Source: Deltaproteobacteria bacterium (GTDB lineage: Bacteria > Desulfobacterota > Desulfobacteria > Desulfobacterales > C00003060). Taken from it: a DNA stretch of 45,545 bases. Both the position numbers and the translations under genes were made by a program. The notes below the pieces were generated by a model. That model saw nothing but the letters and a program-made list of their open reading frames with translations. It had not been told where the DNA came from and ran no database searches. Position 1 is the first letter of the stretch. Each line of letters opens with the position of its first letter. The stretch is from contig JAUVJO010000002.1 of NCBI GenBank assembly GCA_030592345.1, positions 1-45,545 of the forward strand. Reading direction: 5' to 3'. Below are positions 1 to 8,743 of this stretch, piece after piece.

Positions 1-1026
1 AGACGGCCCCTGAATATTGCCCTCATCGATAACACTCCAACCGGAAAAATCACCATCACTAAAATCATCCCACATGAGCACAGAGCCCGTTGAAAGATCC
101 TCTACACTCACATCATCAAAGGAGCTTCCACGGTTCGCCCAGGAGTACAGGGCTATGGTCCCATTGGAAAAGGTATCGTCAGTGACCGAGAAAACCGGGG
201 TGCCGTCAATCAAGACCTCAAGGGTGGTGCCATCAGCAACGATTTTTACCTCGTACGACTGCCCGGACACGTACCACTCATCATCCTCGGCCAGGAGTGT
301 AAAGACGCCGTTTTCACACTTGACAAGACGCCTGTAATCACGCTGCCTGTCCCACGAAAAACGGTAGTAGTTTTTAGGATCCTGGTAGCGGAACATGACG
401 CCAATGTCATCATTGTCGTCAGAGCGCATTGTAAACGTGACCTGATAGTCCGTCCAGGTCGCCTCTTGTGGAGTAGAAGCAGGATCTGAGGGATCACTCC
501 CGGCCCTGTACTCTTCACCGTCCGAAAAACCGTCATTATCCGCGTCCCAATCAAAAAGATTCCCCAGACCGTCATTGTCATAATCGTTATCCCAACGGTC
601 TTGCCAGAATTCCACTTCATCCCCATCATTCATCCCATCATCATCGGTATCCGGGTTATAGCGATCTGTATCGTAAATGTGGGTTTCGTCCCAATCTGAA
701 ACACCATCGCCGTCAGAATCGACAAGTTCTTCCGAATAATCGCTCTCACTGCCCTTGACATCGTAGGCTGTAACTGCGTAGAAATATATCTGGCCAGGTT
801 CAATATCTGAAAAGGTATAACTAGTCTGATTACCCACATCTTCAACAAAAGAGTAGTTCCTGCTTTCGGAACCACGGTGGACCCGATAACCGCCAAGGTC
901 TGATTCCGGGTTTGGGTCCCATGCCAGTTTGATCTGAGCGCAATAACCGTTCGGACCGGACAAGATTAGCCAAACGACAAAAGCCGCGAAAGCAGCTTTG
1001 GGTAAAACACGGTGTTGTTTTTTCAT
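1..1026 (-). CDS. Secreted FN3 / thrombospondin-type-3 (TSP3) Ca-binding repeat / LamG-like jellyroll protein; the 3' end runs off the window (342 codons visible)
   Basis: Absent from the ORF track because no stop lies in the window. My translation starts at ATG 1026, with GGAGG 6 nt upstream. It reads MKKQHRVLPKAAFAAFVVWLILSGPNGYCAQIKLAWDPNPESDLGGYRVH... (signal peptide plus FN3). Next come DSDGDGVSDWDE / DTDDDGMNDGDE / DNDGLGNLFDWDADNDGFSDGEE (DxDxDG repeats). The tail is WTDYQVTFTMRSDDNDDIGVMFRYQDPKNYYRFSWD...GTIALYSWAN...FDDVSV (LamG/concanavalin-like pattern). The frame stays open to base 1. Confidence 0.8.
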   Translation of the reverse strand, partial: MKKQHRVLPKAAFAAFVVWLILSGPNGYCAQIKLAWDPNPESDLGGYRVHRGSESRNYSFVEDVGNQTSYTFSDIEPGQIYFYAVTAYDVKGSESDYSEELVDSDGDGVSDWDETHIYDTDRYNPDTDDDGMNDGDEVEFWQDRWDNDYDNDGLGNLFDWDADNDGFSDGEEYRAGSDPSDPASTPQEATWTDYQVTFTMRSDDNDDIGVMFRYQDPKNYYRFSWDRQRDYRRLVKCENGVFTLLAEDDEWYVSGQSYEVKIVADGTTLEVLIDGTPVFSVTDDTFSNGTIALYSWANRGSSFDDVSVEDLSTGSVLMWDDFSDGDFSGWSVIDEGNIQGPS

Positions 1027-1395
1027 CAATAACCTCCCCTAGGATCTTTATAGTCGACTGATTGGCCCATCCCTGACGATAACAAGCACCAAGCTTTTGA
1101 TGTGAGCCAACTAACTGTTTTCGCTCAATTATGTTAAAAGTTGCAGGGCGTAGAGACTCTCACGATGTGCCCTTTACCACATTAGTCGTTAAAAGTCAAA
1201 GTTGAAAATCTCGTAAAAAACCGAAAAAATCCGAACTCGGGCCAAATCAAATGTTATGACAGCCCCCAAGGGGTAGAATCGGACTTTTTACGAGATCATC
1301 AAAACTAAAATTTTCTTATATCCTCACGCAGCATCTGACGTATGTCTGACACCATTCCACCCTGCCCTCCATCTTGTTGAACCACGGGTCAGTGG

Positions 1396-1436
1396 AAAAA
1401 ACCCCTGCCCCCCCGTTAACAAAGGGGGGGCAGGGG
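1396..1436 (-). terminator. Rho-independent terminator downstream of the 812-aa adhesin-like gene
   Basis: 13-bp GC-rich stem: cccctgccccccc (1402-1414) pairs with gggggggcagggg (1424-1436), with a 9-nt loop. On the minus strand it is followed by TTTTTT (plus-strand A-run 1396-1401). It lies 32 nt past the stop at 1468. Confidence 0.75.
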
Positions 1437-1467
1437 AAAGCGGGGGTAAACCAGCAAACATTCAGTT

Positions 1468-3906
1468 TTATTCTGCAGGAAACACCATGTATCCAACCAC
1501 CTCGGTCGTATGATTTGTTTCAGTGTTGCGGGATTGCTCTTCGTCTATTTGTACATCAACCCCATTGGCATCTTTCATTTTCCAGCGCACATTGGCCGTA
1601 TCGCGCCCGTCGGTCGTCTGCATGTCAGCAAGAAACACCGGAGGGTTTATAAACGACCCAGCGAAAGAAATCGCATGTAAGCCATGAGTTACGACATCCT
1701 GGGTCTTATTTACCGCAAAAGTCATGCCGTCTGTGGTCCCGGAGGAAGCTTCCCATGCAATAACGGATATCTCCTCCATGGCGTGTTCCTGAGCATTTGC
1801 TTCCTGCTCTTGCATCCGGAATTCAAAGCCGTTCGTGGTGATGTTTCTTACCCTGCTGCTGACAGCATCTGATTCGTTAAAGGTGGTGATAGCTGTGATT
1901 ACCACGGGAGGTTCATTAAAGACCTTATCAAAGGATAGTGCCGCAAAGGAGCTTGTATTATTCGTATTAAATCTACCGGCCTCCACCAGGGTCCCGTCCG
2001 CTAAGGTATAGCCGCCAGATTCCATGACAACATAGCTCACCGTCTCTTGGGGATGTGCTCCATCCAGATAACCCCACTCCTGAACACGGATCTCAAAACC
2101 GGACGTACCCGCATTGCGTATCCTGATCACGGCAGGGTCATCGTCATTGGAACTCATCGGCTTTGCAATCACGACCGGATCGAAAAATGCCTGACCAAAG
2201 TCTACCAGCTTCCAATCGTGATCCACCTGGATTTCACCGATTTTCATAAGGGGAAACCCGGGCCTTGACACAGGATCGGACGGGTCAAAGTTGTAATGGA
2301 CCTCAACGCCATCTCCAAGCCCGTCAGCATCCGAATCAAGGTCCAAGAGATTCACCAGGCCGTCACTATCATCGTCGGCATCCCATCCGTCTTCTGTCCA
2401 GAAGTTCACTTCGTCTCCATCATTCATCCCGTCTCCATCAGTATCCGCGACGCTGGGGTCTGTGCCGTAATGATCGAGCTCTTCTATGTTTGACAAACCA
2501 TCGCCATCAGTGTCTGCGGTTGGGTCTATTGGAGAAAACACCATGTACCCTACGACTTCCGTAGTATGCGCTGTTTCGCTGTCGCCGGATTGCTCTTCGG
2601 ACACATTCACATCGACCCGATACAAATCCTTTTCGCCACGGCGCAGATTGGCCGTATTGCTCCCGTCGGTTGTCTGCATGTCAGCAACAAAAACCGGAAC
2701 GTTCATGAACGATTCATTGAAAGAAATCGTATGAGACTGATCAGTTACCACATCCTGGGTCTTATCCACCTCAAAGGCAATACCATCCATAGTTCCGGAG
2801 GAAGTTTCCCATGCGATAACCGATATCTCCTCTGTAGCATGCTCCTGAACATTCGCTTCTTGCTCTTGCATGTAAAACTCAAAGCCGTTCACGCTGATAT
2901 TTCTTACCCTGCCACAGACCGCGTCAGCTTCGTTAAAGGTGGTGATAGCTGTGATTACCACCGGCGGTTCATTGAAGGCTCGATCGAAAGATACTGCCGC
3001 AAATGAGCCTGTATTATTCGTTTCAAACTTACCGGCCTCTACCAGGGTCCCGCCCAAGGTGTAGCTACCGGATTCCATGACAATATAGCTCACAGTCTCT
3101 TCGGAACGTGCTCCGTCCAGATAGTTCCATTCCTGAACACGTATTTCAAAACCGGTCCTGTCCACATCGCGGATCCTGATTACGGCAGGGTCATCATCAT
3201 TGGAGCCGATAGGTTCGGCAACCACGACCGGGGCAAAAAACATCTTATTGAATGCAACCCTCTTCCAATTGTGATCCACACTCGTTTCACCAATCTCCAG
3301 AATGGGAACCTGAGGCATTGACTCAGGATCAGACGGATCAAACCCGTAATGGACTTCTGTACCATCCGCAAAACCGTCATCATCTGCATCCCAATCCAAG
3401 AGATTCACCAAGCCGTCACCATCGTCATCCGCATTCCAGCCGTCTTGCCAAAGGTCCACTTCATCCCCATCATTTATCCCGTCGCCATCCGTATCCCTGT
3501 TGTTGGGGTCTGTACCGTAGACACCTGTTTCATCTTCATCGCAAATCCCGTCGCCGTCAGAATCGACAAACTCAAGCGTACGAGCCACCTCGTTGGAATA
3601 TTCACCCTCATTACCATAAGTATCGTAAGCAGTTGCCGCGAAGTAATACGTGTTGCCACCCTGAAGGTTGGCGACTGTGCATGTAGTTTCGTTACCCACA
3701 TCCATACAAAATTCGTAATCTCCGCTTACATTACCGTAATGGACCTTATAGCCACTGAGGTCTTGCTCGGTATTTTGATTCCAGGCCAGATTCACCTGGG
3801 CTGAATGCGCACTTGCACCAAGCATAAGTATCAGGCCTAACGCTAATACGTAGGGCAATGCCCCTGGTTTGAGAAACCTGGCAAAAACAAACCGTAACGA
3901 TAACAT
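1468..3906 (-). CDS. Secreted 812-aa adhesin-like protein: signal peptide, FN3, then two copies of a module made of TSP3 Ca-binding repeats plus three H-type-lectin-like beta-sandwich sub-repeats
   Basis: The long ORF has an N-terminal hydrophobic signal (LALGLILMLGASAHSAQ). FN3-like segment: VNLAWNQNTEQDLSGYKVHYG...YYFAATAYD. DxDxDG repeats: DSDGDGICDEDE, DTDGDGINDGDE. The sub-repeats take the form PVVITAITTFNEADAVCGRVRNISVNGFEF...EEISVIAWE. The H-lectin assignment is tentative. Confidence 0.9.
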   Translation of the reverse strand: MLSLRFVFARFLKPGALPYVLALGLILMLGASAHSAQVNLAWNQNTEQDLSGYKVHYGNVSGDYEFCMDVGNETTCTVANLQGGNTYYFAATAYDTYGNEGEYSNEVARTLEFVDSDGDGICDEDETGVYGTDPNNRDTDGDGINDGDEVDLWQDGWNADDDGDGLVNLLDWDADDDGFADGTEVHYGFDPSDPESMPQVPILEIGETSVDHNWKRVAFNKMFFAPVVVAEPIGSNDDDPAVIRIRDVDRTGFEIRVQEWNYLDGARSEETVSYIVMESGSYTLGGTLVEAGKFETNNTGSFAAVSFDRAFNEPPVVITAITTFNEADAVCGRVRNISVNGFEFYMQEQEANVQEHATEEISVIAWETSSGTMDGIAFEVDKTQDVVTDQSHTISFNESFMNVPVFVADMQTTDGSNTANLRRGEKDLYRVDVNVSEEQSGDSETAHTTEVVGYMVFSPIDPTADTDGDGLSNIEELDHYGTDPSVADTDGDGMNDGDEVNFWTEDGWDADDDSDGLVNLLDLDSDADGLGDGVEVHYNFDPSDPVSRPGFPLMKIGEIQVDHDWKLVDFGQAFFDPVVIAKPMSSNDDDPAVIRIRNAGTSGFEIRVQEWGYLDGAHPQETVSYVVMESGGYTLADGTLVEAGRFNTNNTSSFAALSFDKVFNEPPVVITAITTFNESDAVSSRVRNITTNGFEFRMQEQEANAQEHAMEEISVIAWEASSGTTDGMTFAVNKTQDVVTHGLHAISFAGSFINPPVFLADMQTTDGRDTANVRWKMKDANGVDVQIDEEQSRNTETNHTTEVVGYMVFPAE
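1471..3582 (-). repeat. Internal tandem duplication, 2 x 1056 nt (352 codons), inside the 812-aa gene
   Basis: Nucleotide anchors recur at exactly +1056: aacaccatgt at 1481 and 2537, and gttaaaggtggtgatagctgtgattaccac at 1876 and 2932. The two protein modules are highly similar by eye. Confidence 0.85.
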
Positions 3907-4188
3907 GATAGTACCTCCTCTGATTTATTATTTTTCCCAGGGGACGCGCACCCCAAAGGAGGTACTATGTCCCGCCCGGCAGCCCTGCTGCCATATCCGT
4001 GTCATGCGGACTTAGGTCAGTAGCTTTGCGCCCCACCCTTTCAAGTGGTTTGCCTTTTTCAAACGGTAAATGTCTCAAAGAGCTTTTCTGGCAAGCGGAT
4101 GATGCAAGATGAGTGCCAATGAAAAAACGACCTGGGGGCGTTACCAATCGATCTTGCTAGTCGAACCAATTTTTGTTACAAAGGGCCC

Positions 4189-6594
4189 ATGATGCGTTCC
4201 AAGAGTCGATCCCAAGGAATCATAACAAAGTCCGAACGGGCCAAAAAACGAACCGTCGGGAAGTTGCTTTACCTTTTTTACGGGACCGTTGCCGTTATCT
4301 GTATTGCTGTAGGACTTTTTGTGGGTGGGGCCTATTTCTACTTTATCAATGACCTTCCCAAGATATCCTCCCTCAAGGACTACCGCCCCCCCATTGTCTC
4401 CACAGTTTATTCGGATGACAATCGCAAAATTGCAGAGTTCTATAAGGAACGAAGGATTGTAGTCCCCCTTTCCAAAATGCCAGGAATGCTTATAGATGCC
4501 TTTGTTGCTGCCGAAGATGCCCGCTTTTACAAACACGAGGGGGTCGACTTTTTCAGTATGGTCCGAGCATTTCTCAAAAACATTGAGGCAGGTACAATCA
4601 TTCAAGGAGGAAGTACCATTACCCAGCAGGTCGCAAAATCGTTTTTCCTGTCGTCGGAGAAAAGCTATTCCCGCAAGGCTCGAGAAGCTATCCTTGCCTA
4701 TCGCATAGACAAGGCCCTCACCAAGGAAGAGATCTTATTCCTCTATCTGAACCAGATATACCTGGGACATGGCGCTTATGGGGTCGAAGCTGCGGCTGAA
4801 AACTATTTTGGCAAATCCGTCTCTGAGCTCAGCCTTGCTGAATGCTCTCTGCTCGCTGGCCTCCCCCAGGCCCCAAGCCGTTACTCACCGTTCTTGCATG
4901 CTGAACAGGCCAGGCAGAGGCAGATCTACGTGCTGAACCGGATGATCGTAGAAGGCTACATCACGAAATCCCATGCTGCGGAAGCCGTCAACACGAAGCT
5001 CGACATCAAGCCGAGACGCAACTGGTACATCGAAGAAGTCCCATGCTATACAGAGTATGTTCGGCAGTATGTGGAGAAAAAATACGGCAAAAATATACTC
5101 TATAAGGAGGGGCTCGAGATATACACGGCCGTCAATATCGAGATGCAAGAGATCGGACGAGTCGCTCTAACGAGCGACCTCAGAGCACTGGACAAGAGGC
5201 AGGGATACAGAGGCCCACTCAACAAGCTGCAACCCGAGGATATTGAAGCTTTTTCTAAGCAAACAGAGGATAATCATGAGACAATGCCTCCGAAGCCGGA
5301 CGACGTCCTTGACGGAGTCGTGGTTTCAGTCAATGATGATGAAGCAACGGCCATTGTTCGGATAGGAACCGAGCGTGGGCACCTTCAACTCGACGATATG
5401 AAGTGGGCCAGGCAACCCGACCCGGAAGTGCCTTACCAGAACGCAACAGTGGATAAAGTTAGTGATGTCCTAACCGTAGGAGACGTGATCTCAGTCCGTC
5501 TAAAGGCAAAGAAAACAGATACAGAGGCGTGGGAGCTTGCTTTGGAGCAGACTCCGGCTGTTGAGGGCGCACTCCTTTGCTTGGAGTCTGAAACCGGCTA
5601 TGTAAAGGCCATGATCGGAGGGCGAGACTTCAAGGTAAGCCAATTTAACAGGGCCACCCAGTCAAGACGTCAACCAGGCTCTGCCTTTAAGCCAATTATT
5701 TACGCTGCGGCCCTTGACAAGGGCTACACACCGGCCACGATCATCATAGATTCCCCTCTCGTATTCGAAGATACCGAAAGAGAGTTCACCTGGAAACCGA
5801 GAAACTACGAGGAGACGTTTCACGGCCCCACCCTTCTCCGGACGGCCCTGGCCCGATCGCGAAACGTCGTAACCGTAAAGATACTCAGGGATATCGGAAT
5901 CAATTACATGATCGACTATGCGAAAAAGCTGGGAATCGAATCGAAGCTCAGCAGAGACCTTTCGATCGCCCTTGGATCTTCAGGGACCTCACTTATTGAA
6001 CTGGTTCGCGCCTATTCCGCGTTTGCCAATAAAGGACAACTCATAACACCGTGTTTTGTCACCATGATACTCGACCGGGATGGAAACGTCCTAGAGGAGA
6101 ACTGTCCTGAAAGTACAAAAGTCATTGAAGAAAATACGGCTTACATTGTAACGAGCCTTCTTCAAAGTGTGGTTAAAGACGGAACGGGCTGGCGGGTAAA
6201 GGCACTGAATCGTCCGGTCGCTGGAAAGACAGGCACAACCAACAACCTTGATGATGCGTGGTTTGTGGGATATACCCCGGGTTACGTCACCGGAGTATGG
6301 GTCGGGTTTGATGAAGAAAAGTCACTCGGCCTTGATGAAACAGGTTCCAGGGCCGCCAGCCCGATCTGGCTGGCATTCATGCGTGCCATCCTTAAGGACA
6401 AGCCCGTGCGCGCCTTTGCGGTCCCAAGCGGCGTGGTCTTTGCCAAAATAGACGCAGAGACCGGATTGTTGGCCATACCCGAATCCAGGCGCACCATATT
6501 TGAATGCTTTAAGGAAGGAACAGCTCCCACAGAGTACGAAAAAAGGCCCGGCTCCATCACGGGCCCGAGCCAGTTCTTCAAATCAGATATGTAA
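4189..6594 (+). CDS. mrcA: Bifunctional class A penicillin-binding protein (PBP1A: glycosyltransferase GT51 plus transpeptidase)
   Basis: 801 aa with an N-terminal TM anchor. GT51 motifs: EDARFYKHEGVD, GGSTITQQ, RKAREA. Transpeptidase motifs: SAFKP (SxxK), SRN, KTGTT. Confidence 0.95.
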   Translation: MMRSKSRSQGIITKSERAKKRTVGKLLYLFYGTVAVICIAVGLFVGGAYFYFINDLPKISSLKDYRPPIVSTVYSDDNRKIAEFYKERRIVVPLSKMPGMLIDAFVAAEDARFYKHEGVDFFSMVRAFLKNIEAGTIIQGGSTITQQVAKSFFLSSEKSYSRKAREAILAYRIDKALTKEEILFLYLNQIYLGHGAYGVEAAAENYFGKSVSELSLAECSLLAGLPQAPSRYSPFLHAEQARQRQIYVLNRMIVEGYITKSHAAEAVNTKLDIKPRRNWYIEEVPCYTEYVRQYVEKKYGKNILYKEGLEIYTAVNIEMQEIGRVALTSDLRALDKRQGYRGPLNKLQPEDIEAFSKQTEDNHETMPPKPDDVLDGVVVSVNDDEATAIVRIGTERGHLQLDDMKWARQPDPEVPYQNATVDKVSDVLTVGDVISVRLKAKKTDTEAWELALEQTPAVEGALLCLESETGYVKAMIGGRDFKVSQFNRATQSRRQPGSAFKPIIYAAALDKGYTPATIIIDSPLVFEDTEREFTWKPRNYEETFHGPTLLRTALARSRNVVTVKILRDIGINYMIDYAKKLGIESKLSRDLSIALGSSGTSLIELVRAYSAFANKGQLITPCFVTMILDRDGNVLEENCPESTKVIEENTAYIVTSLLQSVVKDGTGWRVKALNRPVAGKTGTTNNLDDAWFVGYTPGYVTGVWVGFDEEKSLGLDETGSRAASPIWLAFMRAILKDKPVRAFAVPSGVVFAKIDAETGLLAIPESRRTIFECFKEGTAPTEYEKRPGSITGPSQFFKSDM

Positions 6595-6630
6595 CAAGAA
6601 GAAGAAAAAGCTGAAAGGGGAAGGAAATAA

Positions 6631-7326
6631 CTACACCACCCGGAATCTTCGTTTTTCCACCTCATCAATCAAGTCCTTGGATGTGTAAAGCACTACGAAC
6701 TTCTCTTCCAGTTCTTTAACCAGGTCCCTCAACTTATTATCCGGCAGGGCACCACAACGAACGTATACATTCCTGCGCCCCTCTTCAGCGATTTCACGTG
6801 TTGACAGGATACTCACAACACGCCCACCATAGGAGCGAATCACATCACAACACTCTTGGATTGAGCCCGGATAATCCTCGAGACTGAAAGCGAATTGAAT
6901 GCCACCAGTGTACACCCCTGTAATATTGATCAGCACCTTGAAAATGTCAGTCTGGGTGATAATCCCCACCAATATGCCCTTGTTATTGATAACCGGAAGT
7001 GACGAGATCTTGTTCTCAAGCATCAAGATGGCAGCAAATTCCACGGTCTCATCGGCCTTAACATAAACCAGGTCTTTGGTCATGATGTCTTTGATCTTCA
7101 TAGAAGAAAGGAGATAATTCAGTTCGTATACGTCCAAAGTCGTTGCTTTGGACGGTGAAGCATCCTTTAAGTCCCGGTCACTGATAATCCCTATGGGCTC
7201 ACCTTTCTTGTTCACCACAGGCAGGCACCGAATCTTCCTCTCCTTCATGATGATAGAGGCCTTCATCATGGAAGTATCCTCATCTATTGTAATCACATCC
7301 GCAGTCATCCAGCCTTGTATTAGCAT
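6631..7326 (-). CDS. CBS-pair domain protein with a C-terminal ACT-like domain (AcuB-like)
   Basis: 231 aa with two CBS repeats (MTADVITIDEDTSMMKA...RCLPVV and IMTKDLVYVKADETV...SSLPVI). GGGAGG Shine-Dalgarno sequence upstream of ATG 7326. Confidence 0.85.
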   Translation of the reverse strand: MLIQGWMTADVITIDEDTSMMKASIIMKERKIRCLPVVNKKGEPIGIISDRDLKDASPSKATTLDVYELNYLLSSMKIKDIMTKDLVYVKADETVEFAAILMLENKISSLPVINNKGILVGIITQTDIFKVLINITGVYTGGIQFAFSLEDYPGSIQECCDVIRSYGGRVVSILSTREIAEEGRRNVYVRCGALPDNKLRDLVKELEEKFVVLYTSKDLIDEVEKRRFRVV

Positions 7327-7484
7327 GAACGTATCCTCCCTCTCGTCAGCTCAACCGTCATAATGCTGTCGTCCAAACGCCACCGGGCCTGTCCACAAGA
7401 GCACAAAAAGCTTTTTATTGTCAATAATGCGAAACCATTATCTCATTTCAATCAATAAATAAATAGAATAAATTTAAAAGTTCA

Positions 7485-7706
7485 GTAACTTCTCAAAAAG
7501 TCCGGGTAATCTCCCGATAGTCGTTAATGTGTTGCTACGTAGGGCAAGGAGAACCGCTGAACGCAGGCATCCAGCCATTTCCTATGATACCTAACCAGCC
7601 AGCTACTTAAGGCATTGGAGGCCGAAGTTCATCCCGCCCAAGGCGGGACTTGCCTGGAGGCTTGTTGCCATAACCTCAAGCTTACTCGGACTTTTTGAGA
7701 AGTTAC
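7485..7706. mobile_element. 222-bp MITE-like element with perfect 20-bp terminal inverted repeats and an 8-bp target-site duplication
   Basis: Left TIR gtaacttctcaaaaagtccg (7485-7504). Right TIR cggactttttgagaagttac (7687-7706). The flanking direct repeat aaagttca occurs at 7477-7484 and 7707-7714. No ORF inside. Internal hairpin cccgcc-caa-ggcggg. Confidence 0.75.
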
Positions 7707-7734
7707 AAAGTTCACCCCAAACACAAGGTTCTCG

Positions 7735-8679
7735 TTAAGAAATGATCCACACTGCCATATCCCTTGCTTCTTGAACGATCTTGTTGGAAACGCTGCCAAA
7801 CAAGAAACGTTTTGTACGTGAAATACCACGCCGACCGATCATGACGGAGCCATAGCCACCTTCCCGTGCCTCTTTAAGGATGGTCTGTGCAACGCCGGCC
7901 GCCCTTGTCTCAAGCCTGGTCTTGATACCAAAGGCAGGCACGTCCATTTCTGTCAAATAGGTCTTGGCCTGAGAGAGCATGTCCTGTGCATCATCGATCA
8001 ATCGCTTTTCAATTGTGGCCTCCATCTCTATCAGTCCTGTCCACATGGATGCCATCTCCTTGGCAATTTGCGGGGAGACGACATGCAGGATCATCACTTC
8101 CATAGGACCCGCCTCACCAAGAAGCCATCCCGCCTTGTCCAAAACTCGTTTGGAATTCTCACAGCTATCCACTGTGACCAGAAACTTTCGCGCCTCAATC
8201 TTGCCATGAACCACACACAGAGGCACTCCGCTTGCGTGCTGGAGCACCTTGTGTGTAACACTTCCCATTACAAATTGCTCAACAGCACTCATTCCGTGAC
8301 GTCCCAGCACCATGACATCGTACGTGCCCTTATGTTCCATCTCCAGGATATCCCTGGCCACGCCAAAAGAGCGCTCCTTAATTAACGGTTGGATCTTTGC
8401 CGGATCAATACCGGCCATGGTCAAGATCCCCTTGGCCTCCTCCATCATGGAGGCAGCTTTGTTGCGATTTTCCTCCTCCACGCGCCCGGCAAAATCCTGG
8501 AGCAGCATCAGCTCAGCCATGTTTTCCCCTGGCTCCAAAAAAAGTGGTGGAATGCCAGGCAGTATATGGAGCAGATCTATCTTCACCCGTGCGTTTTTCC
8601 CCAGAACAAAACCAAGGTATCCCACGGCCGCCATGCTCGCCTGCGACCCATCTATGCCGACTAAAATGTGTTTTTCCAT
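7735..8679 (-). CDS. Tandem universal stress protein (two UspA domains)
   Basis: MEKHILVGIDGSQAS... and a second domain FLVTVDSCENS...GSVSNKIV. I prefer ATG 8679, which has AAGGGGG 7 nt upstream. The track start at 8706 lies inside the ATGAC word repeat. Confidence 0.85.
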   Translation of the reverse strand: MEKHILVGIDGSQASMAAVGYLGFVLGKNARVKIDLLHILPGIPPLFLEPGENMAELMLLQDFAGRVEEENRNKAASMMEEAKGILTMAGIDPAKIQPLIKERSFGVARDILEMEHKGTYDVMVLGRHGMSAVEQFVMGSVTHKVLQHASGVPLCVVHGKIEARKFLVTVDSCENSKRVLDKAGWLLGEAGPMEVMILHVVSPQIAKEMASMWTGLIEMEATIEKRLIDDAQDMLSQAKTYLTEMDVPAFGIKTRLETRAAGVAQTILKEAREGGYGSVMIGRRGISRTKRFLFGSVSNKIVQEARDMAVWIIS

Positions 8680-8743
8680 GTCAGTCGCCCCCTTGTCTGT
8701 CGTCATTTGTCATTGGTCACTTGTCATTTGTCACTCTTCATTC

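Noticed and set aside
246-896. Track ORFs 246..629(-) and 630..896(-) as genes
   Set aside because: They are alternative frames of the same strand region. The frame starting at ATG 1026 gives a coherent signal-FN3-TSP3-LamG protein that stays open to base 1, whereas these two give low-complexity nonsense.
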